64,000 nucleotides of DNA, from contig RSEE01000034.1 in assembly GCA_003971905.1 (NCBI GenBank), positions 1-64,000 of the forward strand, given 5' to 3'. The position numbers and the translations under genes were made by a program. A model generated the notes under the pieces. It was not told where the DNA came from. It saw only the letters and a program-made list of their open reading frames with translations, and made no database searches. Below are positions 35,534 to 48,450 of this stretch, in pieces (the stretch's first letter is position 1; every line of letters starts with the position of its first letter). This DNA comes from Moniliella sp. 'wahieum' (taxonomy: Eukaryota).

Positions 35534-37334
35534 ATGCGACTGCCGGTAACGCCCGTGCGCCCCGCGATGCCGGGGAAGATGCTCGGGATGATCACTCGCT
35601 CCCTATCCACGATGCCCGCCACGAGTACAGCTCAGCCCCCAGGGTGTAGCGCGTACCTTGTCGGCCGCCGCCCAAAGCCCACTGCCCGCTCGCTCTCACC
35701 TCTCCTCCTCTGCCCGATCCCACTCGCCCTCTCCCCTTCGATGAGGCAGAATGTGGTGTCCAATCCGCCCTTCTCTTCCGAAGTTCTGACGCAAGTCACT
35801 ACCCTCCCCAATGGTCTCCGCGTTGCGTCTGACGCAACCCCGGGCCACTTTTCTGCTGCGGGAGTTTATGTTGATGCTGGATCGCGCTACGAGCGGGTGT
35901 GGGTGCCTGGAGAGAGCGGGGTGTCACACATGACAGACCGCATGGCATTTAAGGTGTGTGTTCTGATGGTTGCTGGCTCACACAATACTGACGCTGCGTG
36001 CGCCAGGCCACCAACCGCTCAGCCGAGGAGATGGTCAAGGCCATTGATGCAGTGGGCAGCAACGTGATGTGTACGTCGGCCCGCGAGTCAATCCTGTACC
36101 AAGCTTCCTTCTTTAGCGAGGATCTCCGCCCCGTACTTTCCATCTTTGCCGACACGCTCCTGCGCCCTCTGCTTGATGATGAGGAGCTGGCACTGATGAA
36201 GGATGCCGTGACTTGGGAAGTGTCAGAGTGCACGAGCAAGCCTGAGCTCAACCTGCCTGAGGTCTTGCATGCTGTAGCCTACAAGGGAAACACGCTTGGC
36301 AACCCTCTCCTTGCCCCCCCTGAGAGTGTGGCCCAAATGACGGCCGACAACTTGCGCGAGTTCCGCAAACTGTGGTACTCTCCCGAGCGGATGGTAGTAG
36401 CCGGGGCGGGGATGGACCACCAGGTCCTGGTTGAAGAAGTGGAAAAACTGTTCGGTGTATGCCTGCGCGCCCCGTATCGGACACTGGGTCGATTTCTTCC
36501 GCGTCTTCGCTTGCCAGCACGTCATCCTATGCCCCGACACGATCTTTGATGCACCCTCGGGCTCGCCGTCAGACTGGAGTGCTATCGCACGGAAAAAGCG
36601 CGCTATACCGGTGGGGAGCTCTTTGTCGAGGATGCGGCTTCGGAGTTCACTCATGTCTACGTTGGGTTTGAGGGGGTCAATGTGCATGATCCGGATCTGT
36701 ATGCGTTGGCTACCCTCCAAGTTCTCTTGGTGGGGGTGGTTCCTTCAGCGCCGGAGGTCCGGGCAAGGGGATGTACTCGCGTCTGTACACGAATGTGCTC
36801 AACCGATTCCACGCAGTGGAGCACTGCAGTGCTTTCCACCATTGTTACAATGATTCGGGTCTGTTTGGCATTGCAGCCAGTGTGCACCCGAGTTTTGTGG
36901 GCAGCATTGGCTACGTGATCGCGCAGGAGCTAATCAAGTGCACTGCGCCCATGGAATACCAAGGGGGCGTGACAGAGATTGAGCTGGCACGCGCTCGGAA
37001 CCAACTCAAGAGCAGTTTGGTCATGTCGCTGGAAAGCCGATTGGTTCAGGTGGAGGATCTGGGGCGCCAGCTACTCGCAGACAACAAACGAACCAGTGTG
37101 GAGGAAATGTGTGCCCAGATCGATCAGGTCGACCTGCCCACCCTCCACCGCGTCGCGACCCGCGTCCTCTGTGGCGACAACCCCGTCATCCGCAAAGACC
37201 TCAACTCGGGTCTCGGATCGGGTCAGGCTACGGTCCTGGTCCAGGGGAAAACAGAAGGTCTCCGTGACCTGAGGAATTTCCTTTACTCCACGGCCTGGGG
37301 GCCAGTCCCCAAGCCTAAGGAGTCAAACTACTAG
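35534..37334 (+). CDS. MAS2: Mitochondrial processing peptidase alpha subunit
   Basis: Arg-containing presequence (…RSLST…); VTTLPNGLRVAS...GVYVDAGSRYE...SHMTDRMAFK; Gly-rich loop GSFSAGGPGKGMYSRLYTNVLN; ARNQLKSSLVMSLESR...EDLGRQ. Confidence 0.95.
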
Positions 37335-37824
37335 TCATGACACTCCTTCATTTATCCTATTGTGGCATAGAATAGATTCCCAGGGGGCCAAACCGACGCC
37401 CTTGAGCCAAGCCCACAGACATACTCTTGATATAAACATCGACATCGATGTCTACCCCATCGTCCAATGTAATGTGCAATGGGGAGAGAGGCGGCTGGGC
37501 TGCGGTTGCGCTTCTGTGCATGAGCGTGTTGATTTGATCACAGCACAAGCTGTACCCGAAAGTTGAAGTCCTCAGATGGAAAACCCGGGATCCGAAATCT
37601 CTCTCAATCTACCCCCGTCCTCTCTTGCGACAGGGAGTGTGGCCAATGTCGGGGATGCTGATGAATCCATCTCATGGATCGACAGCGACCAATGACTCCC
37701 CTCTCAAGTTCATTGTTGTGATCAAGCGAGGACGGTGCGTACCATCACTGAGTGAGACGCTCAAGATATATACTAGCGTACACGTTCAACGTTCAACGTT
37801 CGAACTTCATCGATCATCCGTATC

Positions 37825-38014
37825 CCACGCGCTTCCTCGGTATGGGAACGGATGCAGATGGCGGGCAGCAGAGGACCTGATCTCCTGCGATTAATGATTC
37901 CCCTGGTTCCTTAAACGGGGTTGGCGCTAACATGCAACCCACTCCGGATGAACGGGTCAGTTTAGGCGTACGCTAGCCTTTCTTTGCCCATCCTTAAGCT
38001 CTTGAATGATATGG
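37825..38014 (+). mobile_element. Older, more diverged copy of the CRE element 3' end
   Basis: acgcgcttcct..ggtatgggaacggatg...cctgat..cctg...cccctggttcctt...tggcgc...gatgaacgg...tttag.cgta...ccttaagctc...aatga is collinear with 10405-10580. Confidence 0.75.
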
Positions 38015-38526
38015 TTGCAGTACGGAGTATAGAGGTAACGTATGTATTTAAGGTCGGACGTATATGCTCTGTGGGTGCATGCAGTATGGTCGCTGCTCGA
38101 TCACGGTTGTGTGGAGCAAGCCATCGGAGCGATAGGATAGGCCCTATGAAGGCCAGGGGCTATCCATCAGTTATGCATAAAATGCCCTTCGATGATAATC
38201 GATAACTAGTAACTAGTAACTAGGCACTCGCTGCCAGTTTTGGGGAAGGGGCTATATGTAGATGCCACTGGCCCCACAAAAGGATGGATGCAAAGGCATA
38301 AGGAGTTTCCGGTGGTGTGTACCATCCAAAGATGTAACATGTAACAATGCAATGCGTCTGTGCGCACTCGCACTACACTTTTTCTCTCCCCACCGGATAC
38401 CAAAAAAATATATAAAGAGCCTCGTCCTGGGGCTGAACACCGCCGTACCCACCACCCCCTCGTCCCTCGTCCTTTACCACACCCTCGCCTCTCACCGCAC
38501 CTATCACAACAGTCTACTTATCCAAC

Positions 38527-38915
38527 ATGGGGTTCTTCAGCGAGGACAGCTACAACCAGGTCAATGCGTATGACGGTTCGGAGGAGCACAAGGCCAAGCT
38601 CTCCCACGAGCTGATTGGTGGGGATTGCCTACGAAGCAGCTAAGTGTGCGTTCAGATTTTCGTCCAATTCTCTTCCAGCCAATCACCATATACATCTGAT
38701 CTATATGACTAACAAAGGGTGTATGTACAGCGTACGAGGAGCACAAGGCCAAGAACGGCGAGCCTGACGACCACGCCAAGGCCAAGAGGTTCTTGCCGGC
38801 TTTGTGGGTGCTGGTCTTGACCGTCTAGTGGAGACGAAGGGCTGGACTTCGTCGACCGTGAGCGGGCCAAGAAGCATGCGGAGGACGAGGCCTTCAACCA
38901 TTACGGATTTAATAA
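38527..38915 (+). CDS. CipC-like (DUF3759) small protein
   Basis: MGFF...EEHKAKLSHELIGG..AYEAAK | intron | AYEEHKAKNGEPDDHAKAK...AGF...DRLVETKGLDFVDRERAKKHA; TATATAAA at ~38409. End approximate. Confidence 0.9.
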
Positions 38916-41900
38916 GTTTTTTTTCTTTTCCACTGTGTGGGTGGGGCCTTTCTCTCCCCCCCCTGGTTTTTTGTCCTGTCTGATCGATGATCGATTCCTT
39001 CTGTCCCCCCGCATCTGATCACTACCAATGTGGGCATATGGCTGTGCGGTCCAATGGATGTCCTGGAGTTGAAAGTTGGGTAAGTACCAGTAGGTTAGAA
39101 CGACCGAGGAAGCATGTAGTATCAGATTGTCGGACTGGGGGCCACTCTGGTAAATTGTGAGCAGCGCACAGACGACTGGGGATTGGGCTATGGTGGGGTA
39201 AATGACTTGGTTTCAATCTTTCTTCTTCCTTTTGACCTGACGCGTGATCATCGATCATCCCGGCTCGTGAACGCGTCCGCTCGCTCATCGTCACCATCGG
39301 GGCCGTTCCCCTCTACCATCCGAAGACCTTGTGAGGCTGTGAGGCTTTGAGTCTCCCCCCCTTCCCGTGTTCACAATGCCGGCAACTGTGCGTGACCCTT
39401 TACATGGCGGGGGAAGTGAGAAGTGAGAAGTGAGAAGTGAAGGACTGACATCGGCTGAGCACAGGACGCACGTGTGTATACTACTGCTTATGTGGCGAAT
39501 TTGCGCTGGTGATGAACGGGTCGGTGGAACAGTGTCCGCGCCGTCCAGCCGATGGGGCGTACGTCTTGTCGCGCGCAAAGGGAAGGACGTTTCAGTGGAA
39601 CGCTGAGCCTGGACCGGCGGTATATGTACGACGGTGCGTACTTAGTACTTAGTACTTACCTCCTTGAGCTTGCCACGCTGCGGGCAGAAGAGAAACCACT
39701 GGAGTACTGACATTCTGACATCTGACACGCCTCCCCCCTCCCCCTTTGGTGAGTAACGATTGCAGGGCTGAAAGTTGGAGCGACAGTACCGCGTGCAATG
39801 TGTCCGATGCAAGTTGACGCTGGGGTACCAGTCCACCCCCCGCCGATCGATGTGGGGCCATCTCGTACCTGCTTCCTGGGGCGGTGAGCGCAGTGCAGGG
39901 CGAGGCACCGGCCGATGCACTGACCCTGCCTGCCCTTACGCCCGCACCAGGACCAGATGTGCATGGCAGCGATGCCACCGGGGAAGGTGAGGCGCTGGTC
40001 CTGGGATGAGGTGAGGCGGAGGGGTTGAACGTTGAGATGATGTACAGAGGTACAGAGGTACATGTCCGCGTTGAAGAGCTACGGCTTCGCAGGCTGCCTT
40101 GAAGCTTGCTGGATGGATGTTTGCGCTAGACTACTGGGGCTGGGAAAGTTGGGAAAAGGTGCGTGGATGCATGGACAGGGAAGGGTGGACGCAGGGCAAG
40201 GTTCCCAAACTTGGCCGTGCATCATGCATCATGTGCCAGTGGTAACCGGTAAAGGTCGATTCCGAGCGCGTGCGTTTCGTCGTTTGGTGGGGGCCATGGC
40301 CGGGGATGGATGGGACCCACTGGTGGAAGTCCCGCACGAGTTAGCGAGTTAGAGAACACAGTAACAGTAGCCTGAGAATGACACTGTAGCAGCCAAGACG
40401 TGACTGTCATAGCGACCAGCGACCCCCCTAGCAGGGATGGGCACCGATGGCAGTGAGCTCTTCAAGTTTATCCTCCGACTGGTGGCTGGTAGACCGTGAC
40501 TAAGCACCTCACTCTGACTGTCCCGCATAGTCAGCTCCACCATCGCGTGCTTCTCCATCTCGCGTCCAAAGGTCTGACATTGGTCACTACCAGTTTGCCG
40601 GTGGGCGTCTATTGGACCAATGACCCCCTCCTCCCCCCCGGATGTGGTGATACAGCCATCGATGTCACCTTCTCTCCTCTCTTCATCCCTCTCTCCCCAA
40701 ACGGCCACTACATCACACCTGAGTTACACCGGAGGTACAAACCTTGTACGTTACCGACACCGCGTTTGCTCTCACTTTTCTCTTGGTACGCTGTCCTCCG
40801 CACCGGGTACCAGTTTGCTTCCCCTCCCCTCTTCCCACTTTGGCCACCTGCTTCCCCCATACTATTTAGCCTCCCTAATATGTGGGCCCATTAGCGGCTC
40901 CACCAGCAGCATGACTTCTTCTCTCTATACCGTGGATTACTTCACCCCCGCATAATGCATGATCCTCCCTTCCTCCACACTCGCTCTTAATCCACCTATG
41001 ACCGAGCCCGAGACCGTTCCCCTGCGGTGCCTTCCATCGCCAAACTTCTACTTCTATGCTTCCTGCACAGAGGAATGGACCGTCACTAGTATCCGTAGTG
41101 AAGCTGAAGAAGAGATGGTGTGGTGGGACGTTTGCTGATTAAAAGAAGAGATCTACAGTGATGGACTCTCTGTGCTTTTGCCTTAGGCCTTGGTAGTTGA
41201 CAACAAAACGGCGAAGAGGTTCAAGAGGGAGGACTACGGATTCAAGCATTGGGTTGGGAGCCTCTGGCGGAGTAGAGTAGCAGGCAATGCGAAAATGGTG
41301 GTTGAACGATGAACGTGCACATTGAACGCTGAACGTACGTCGAGGCACTTGGACCACAGTTGGGCAGGAGAAAAAGGGGTTCATCGAATCGATTATGCAC
41401 AGGCACAGGGGCTTCGGAAGTTACCGGTTGCATGTTACACCGAGGGGGGAACGGGTAACGCGGTAATGCGTAACGTTAAACGTTAAACGTTAAAGGGGTG
41501 CCACAAAAGCATCCGGCTCTACGTAGACCAACCAATCCGGAGGTTCCGGTAACCGGCAGTGGAAAAGGGGAAAAGGGGAACTGGGGAAGCGGGGAATCCG
41601 GGGAAGCTGAGGCGCTACGCTGAATGTGAATGGCTAAAAGCACTTCAGCTGAAGCTTCAGCTGAAGCTTGAGCCGGAGGCTCCTTAATAAAAAGTAAGCT
41701 TTAAGCTCTTGGAAAAAATAGCGAAAGATGGCAGGCATGGGGTCCGTGTAAAAAAATACGCTTTGGATGGGGGGGGTGATGCATACTGGTGGTTGCCTGC
41801 TGCTGAGTCTGAGTGTGACAGTTGGAACAGTGCTCTGGCCCTTTAAACAGCTTAACGCGTAAGGCGCTAGGCGTAACGCGTAAGGCCTTGGGCGCGTACC

Positions 41901-42579
41901 ACTGGCCACTGGGGTATAACCCGCTACACCATACCCCGCATGGACCTTGCGCCTCGCACTCTCGGAACCTGGCTCGGCTTCCATTCCAAGAACCCCAAGA
42001 TCTGAGGCAGCTGTGGTGCGCGAGTACCGCGAGCCAGAGCGGGAGCGAGGGAACAAGTGCAGTGACTGTGACTGTGACTGTGAATGTGAGTGTGACAGGT
42101 GGCATTGCAGTCACATGCAGGTCACATGCCACGTGTCTCACACCACGAGGCCGAACAGGTCGGCGCATTTGGCCCGCGTCGTGCGCCGCACAGCAGCTGT
42201 GTGCGCCGTCCAGGGGGTGGGGAGGCACGTGACGCGTGAGTGCGACGGGTGAGTCCGGACAGATGGTCGATGACTAGATCGATGACTCGATGACGCGCCA
42301 GCCAAGTGCGGGCGATGCAACATTGTACCAGGCCAGGAGCGTAGACCGCAGACGCAGAACACAGACGTAGAACGCAGACGTAGAACGCGCCAGGCGCTCA
42401 ATGGATCTGCCCCCCAAAGTAGCAGGTGCCCACGTGCTTTGGCTGATGCATGATTCATCGTCGCTGGTCGCTGGCCAAGGAACGGCCAGGCCTTGGGTCT
42501 TAGGTCTTTTTGGGCAACGTCCGCGTCCATTTGCTGTTCCAGATTTGTTGCCCAACGCCCCCCTCCCAACGCCCAACGC

Positions 42580-42611
<32 letters not shown>

Positions 42612-42775
42612 CGCCCATCGGCCCCCTTTGCCAAAAAACGAAAAGCGACCGCCCTGGTGCCGCTTCCCGCTTGCCCCCCTTTCGTCTCCCCTCCACCACC
42701 CTCACCACCCTCACCGCTCCTTTTCCTCATTTTCCTCACTTTCCTCACCTGGTCAACTTCAACTTCTGCCATTCC

Positions 42776-44868
42776 ATGGCCGCCGTTCCACCGCTTCCGC
42801 CTACCCCGCCCAGCCCACGCTCCCTCGACGAGCCTAAACCGGTACTCGACGCGCTCGCTCTTCCCACCCTGTCCCGCTCTTCCTCCCTCGCCTCCCTCGC
42901 CCCCTCCACTCTCGATCTCACACCCAGTGACGAGGAGCTTGCGCTACCATTGCCACTGCCACGTTGTTCCAGTCCTGACCACACATTTTCTTACCGCCCC
43001 CACCACTGAGCATGGTCCCACTCCCACTCCCACCGGATCCGCTTCTTCTTCCCGTCCCTCGCCTTCTACCTTTGTCCGTTCCCATTCCCATTCCCCCTCC
43101 CGTTCCCGTTCCCAGTCGCGCTCGCAGTCGCGCTCGCAGTTGCGCTCGCAGTCGCGCTCGCAGTCGCGCTCGCAGTCACGCTCGCACTCGCTCTCCCCCC
43201 GCCCTCGAGCGGGATCCTGCGCAACCCTCTCCACGTGAGCCGTACGTTCCCCGTATCATTTTCGAATGTGGATGAGACCGGGCGTGTGCGTACGCGGATC
43301 CGGGCTGTGACGTCCGAGCCGGATCCCGAGACGGCGTTACGGAAAGAACAAGCGCAGCAGCGTGAGCGGGACCGAGCGCGTGCGCGCCAAAAGGCGGAGG
43401 CTCGGTTACGAGAGAAAGAAGCACAACGGCTCTGGGGTATGGGAAAAGTTGCCATGTTACTCGGTATGGCCGATATCAACTTTAATGCGCAGATGGCCAT
43501 TCTGGGCGGGTGGAGTACAGGCAGTGGATCTACGACTTACATTCCATCGTTGGAGAAGAAACGTGAGGCCGAGAGACAAGTTCGGAAAACTGCGCTAGCT
43601 GAGCGTAGGCAGATGATTCTCGATCGTGCACGTACACCCTCCACTTCGCCCTCTGGACGACACAGGCTGTTTCGTCGCAGGTCCGCTCCTCCTCCCGTTG
43701 ACGACGAGTCAGAGGAAGAACCAGAGGATAACGATGGTTGGCTCAATGCCGAGGAATTGGCGGCAATCAATGCCATTATCAATACCCGACGTTCGATGAC
43801 TGCGGCCCAAGCTTTGTCCGATGGACTTGTTGTACCTCGTCGTGCGCGTTCTACCCACGCTGTCTCGGCTGCCTCAGGCCCCGATGGCTCGCACGGTAAA
43901 ATTCACTTTGCGCCGCTTCCGGTGCCATGGGTGGAAGAGGAACGGGGCTACTTTAGCTCGGTCTTCTGGACGTTACTTGGTGATCGGGAAGATGGGACGG
44001 ATGCGCTTCCCTCTTCTGCGTCCCAACCGTCCTTGGACACACAGGACGATACCCCTGCCTTCGACAAGACTGATTCCCAGTCGGTGCATGAGCCAAGTAA
44101 CCCGGTGCACCGGTCCCGAGGGTCGGCTTGGTACGTATACTTTTTCTCCATATTCCTTACTGGGATACTAACACTATTACTACCACTACCACTACCACAT
44201 TATTTACCACATGGTTTGCAGGCGCATCAAACACGCGATCAAGTTACGACGGTACCACTCTGACACCTCTATGCTCCCTCCCACGCGACTTGGACTACGA
44301 CGAACGGCTACGATGGGGGCAGTGGAGACGGTACGTCAGTCGGCGCCTAAGCGACCTGCCCCTCTGGGCTCACGACGAAGTCTAAGCGATACGCCGCGGC
44401 GTCGGAACTGGACCCGGTTGAGCGCCAGCGTCGGAGGGACTTAGTTCTTGCCGCTCGACCTGGCGGGACAGGGATGGTGACGTTACTTGATGGCACGCGG
44501 ATTCCCGCTCGGAGGGTGACCGATCCAGAGGCCGATTCTGTTCCTGTCAGCGGAGCGTGGGGGTACGCGCTGGCCAAACAGCGAGCTAGTTCGGAACCAC
44601 CGTTGCACGCGGAGATTATGCGGCGGCACGAGGCTGAGGTAGCTACGCTCGGACGGGAAGTGTGGTCGCGCATGTGCACCAGATGCGTGCCAAGCGGCTG
44701 GCTGGTGACTTGACACCAGAGGAAGATACTCCGGAACCTATTGCGGAAGACTTGGATCGCGCTACGACGTGTGCGGCTCAGGAACTGTTCCACCACCGAC
44801 CGCAGGTAAGGATCAGTTCCCCCTCTCACTCTTTGGACGAGTCGACGGACCAGGTGGGGTCGGCTTAG
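42776..44868 (+). CDS. Hypothetical Ser/Arg/Pro-rich protein, probably multi-exon
   Basis: Chain of plus-strand ORFs (MAAVPPLPP..., SRSQ repeats, KIHFAPLP, GMVTLLDGTRIPARRV); intron gtacgt...gcag ~44131-44221. Confidence 0.55.
43113..43186 (+). repeat. 12-bp coding minisatellite (CAGTCGCGCTCG)n encoding SRSQ repeats
   Basis: About 6 units read directly. Confidence 0.85.
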
Positions 44869-46515
44869 CGTCCGCTACTGCCACTTCTTTTTCCTTCGTT
44901 TGCTTTGAATGACCTGTTGCATTACCCTTGCTCTTGCGATTGCGGTTGCGGTTGCACTTGTGGCCCATACCCGCGCTTGAGACTTTGTTGGCCCCACACT
45001 TTAGGGAGCGAACTTGTCTACCTACTTGGCGTGGCCCTTGGCAGGATGACGACGACTTGTTTCCGCCCCTCTCTCATTTCTTCCTCGACGCATTTGCATT
45101 TGCATTGGCGCAAAGGTGCTTGTTCACGTGCTGTGCGTCCGTGTTGCTTTGCTTGGTGCGCCAAGCTGGAATACCCTCGTCTGCGTTTCTCGCATCCTAT
45201 CTGTGTACACTTTCCTTGCATACATTTTCTCTCGGATGAACTTGGTCGTTGAACGTGTTTGGATCCTGGCATACAAACACATGGGGTAGTGGGTGTGCTT
45301 GTGCGGTGATATGCTGGTTGGTTGGACTGGGGGTTGGTGCGGGCGGGCGGGGAGCGACAACGGGATGCGGCCGCAGTCTGGTGTGCTAGACACGTCGCAG
45401 CGGGATCACACTGTCCAAGGATGGCCGATGTTGGGCTTGGATGGCCATCGTGTGCGCGCTGGCGTGGATTCTCTCGGCCTTCCGACAAGTCAAGCTTTCA
45501 GATTCCAATTTCAGATTTCAAGCCGCATCCAACTGGCAATGCGGGACACCGTGATTGCGTCATCGATCATCGATCCTCAAATCACCCTAGTTGCGATGGC
45601 TGGCCGAGGGCGGTGCGAACGGGGTAGGGACACGGGGTTCCGGGTCCACAACGATCCACTTGAACGTTCAATATGCATTGTACGTCCACTGTCCAACCCT
45701 AGTGTCTGTGCATCCTGGGCAGACGGCAGACCGACAGAAGCGGGGCGAGGCGCGCATCCGCAGCGTCCCTTTCGCAGCTTCTCGCAGCTTCTCGCAGCCG
45801 CACGCCAACCGGCCGAACACTGCTGCCACGCCGAGCATGCATCCTCGTCACATGCCACATGCCACATGTCACATGACACAGTAACCGGTGACCGGTGACC
45901 ATGCATTGGTCATTGATATTGATCAGCGAGTAGTACTAGTCAAGTAGTCAGAGTCAGAGTCAGCGGTGGCGTGGGGCCAGCTAGGTCCAGGCGATCCGTG
46001 GCTGCGCCACCGCCTCTCCACAGCTCTGTTGGGGCGCTGGCCCGAATTTGGGCGTTTGGGGATCCCAGCCGCACCCGCCCAGTGTCCCGCCAACGTCCTA
46101 CGTACCCAGCGTCCAGCCGGCACCAGCCCCTGACGCCATCCGCCACACCGGCGCCGTACGAGCACGAGCAAGCGCCGCCGCAGCACGGCCGGCTGCCCGC
46201 CGCGCATCCTGCATTCTGCGCAGCGTAGCCGCCGCCCCCACACTCCCCCTGCCGCCGCATTCTAATGCAAGTCCTAGGTCCCAGTGACTTGGGCATGCCA
46301 CATGTCATGCGTCGCGTCACGCCCTCGCGCCTTGGCGCCTCAGCCGCTCAGCACCAGCACAGCCACAGCCCCCCTTCAGCTTCAGCTTCACCCTTCACCC
46401 TTCACTTCACCCTCTTTATTAGACTGGCTCAACATCCACCACCCCCTTGCCAGCCTCAGCGCCGCAGCCCCTCTCCGCCATCTTTCTCCCCCACCACCTC
46501 ACTTCGCCACTCGTA

Positions 46516-47410
46516 ATGCGCACCACTGCTACCCTCGTCTCCCTCGCCGCCCTCGCTGGCGTCGCCAACGCTGCCATTCTGCCCCAGGTCACAGCCGCCC
46601 CTCGGTTGGTCAAGCGCGGTACGTTGCGTTCCTAGTTCCTCTCCCCCCTTGAAGCTTGCCGCCTCGCCCTGGCCCCGCGGCTCCACGTCCAAATGCATTT
46701 GCATTTGCGTCTGAGAGGAGGAACCGCTGACCCATGCCCATGCGCCTGCTGTGCCATGTACCAGACGATCCCCTCTCGGTCATTGGTTCCATTGGGAGCG
46801 ACATTACCTCCGTTGGTGGCGGTGTCGTTTCCGGTGCTGAAAGTGTGTTTACCATTGTGACATCGGGAGCTGGCGGGGCGTTGACCACGCTCACGTCCGA
46901 TGCCGCCGGCGCATTTAGCACCGCCAAGTCTGGTGCCGAAAGTGTATTACGATTGTCACGTCGGGTGCTGGTGGTGCCTTGACGACCATCACGTCCGATG
47001 TCGCGGGGGCGTATAGCACAGCCAAGTCCGGTGCCGAGAGCGTGTTTACGATTGTCACGTCAGGTGCTGGGGGTGCGTTGACGACCATCACGTCCGACGC
47101 TGCGGGAGCATTTAGCACAGTCACGTCCGATGCCGTGGGTGCGTGGTCGACGTTGGAGTCCAAAGCATCGCAAGACAAGGCTTCTGCTTCGTCACTTTAC
47201 TCTGCAGCCAAGGCTTCTGCCAACCCGTCCCTGTCGTCGTTGGCCAACAGCTTTGCGTCACAGGCGTCGCTGCTGGACGCATCTGCCTCCTCGGCCTCGG
47301 GCGCGGCTAAGCCTTCGTCCAGCTCCACCAGCGGGGTTGCCCAACGGGTAGCTTCGGTCGGGACTGCCATGGCTGTCGCTGCAGTGGCCGCTGCGGGGCT
47401 TCTGCTCTAA
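46516..47410 (+). CDS. Secreted, probably GPI-anchored Ser/Thr/Ala/Gly-rich cell-surface protein with 33-aa repeats
   Basis: Signal peptide MRTTATLVSLAALAGVANA; KR (Kex2-like) site; intron 46619-46764; three ~99-bp repeats from ~46831; hydrophobic C-terminal tail AMAVAAVAAAGLLL*. Confidence 0.85.
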
Positions 47411-48414
47411 GCTCTAAGCTCGAGCCGGTACCCGGTACCCCTCTACCCGTACCGGGTACCCGTCGTGCGGTATGCTCGGCTGTTCTGTTCCCAACCTACG
47501 TGTGTGTGACGGTATCGTATTCTTCTCGTCACTAGTCATTCAAGCTTGAGCTTGGTCTTAGTCTTGTTTGACATGGGAGCGGGAGTACCACGTACCATCC
47601 TCCTGTCACATGTCGCATGTCAGTATTCGGTACTCAGTACTCAGTTGCGGACATGGACATGGACATGTTCGTGGCTCCTTCCCTCCCAACTCCTTGTAGT
47701 AACCTGCCTATTTTCTGGAGAGCGTGATGGTGAATGATCGATGATCGTGGACTGCTTCCTTCCTTGTCCCCTTTACCTGCCCCTCTTCTGGGGTTACGCG
47801 GTTACGGTTTACCAAGTATCGTTTACCCTCCATATCGCCCGCCCCCCCTCCCCCCTACCCCCCGCGCTCATGAACATTACATTTCCTCGACGTTTTTTTC
47901 CCTCTCCTGTACCGGACGTCTAAAGTTGAGAACTGTTTCGTCTCTGTGTTAGCGAGCGTGCGCGCTCTTTGGTCTTATACTGTTCAACCTTGAACCTTGA
48001 AGCTTGAACCTTCAACAGCTTCAACGCTCATAACGTGCATAACGGGCATAACGTCCTTTCATCCATCATCCCTCGCCACGTGGGGTTTGTAGTACTCCCG
48101 CTTGTAGACACTGCAGATAATCATCATGCGAGCTTGGATACCGCCCCAGCTCGCACGCGTTGCGGGGGGCAGGGGTACCTGACGGACACCGGAGACCTCT
48201 ATTCCATGCCCGAAAGTTACTAGTCACTAGTTCCTGTGGGCACATGCGGGGAAGGGGGTAGAGAGAGGTATAGAAAGGTTGGAAGGACGGAAAGCTGGAT
48301 GATCGGAAGGATCCACGTTCTCTTCGTTCCCCAGCCAGGCTCTTGGAGCAGTCACATATGTGTGGTCACAGAGGAAGGGCATCCTGGCACGGCAGTGGTA
48401 CGGGCTGCTTGCAG

Positions 48415-48450
48415 GTTACATGTTACATGTTACATGTTACATGTTACATG
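48415..48450. repeat. (GTTACAT)5 palindromic heptamer array
   Basis: Direct reading of the sequence. Confidence 0.95.

Noticed and set aside
40349..41230. Possible small gene (ORFs 40496-40894 and 40620-40955)
   Set aside because: No recognisable domain or clear start/splice structure.
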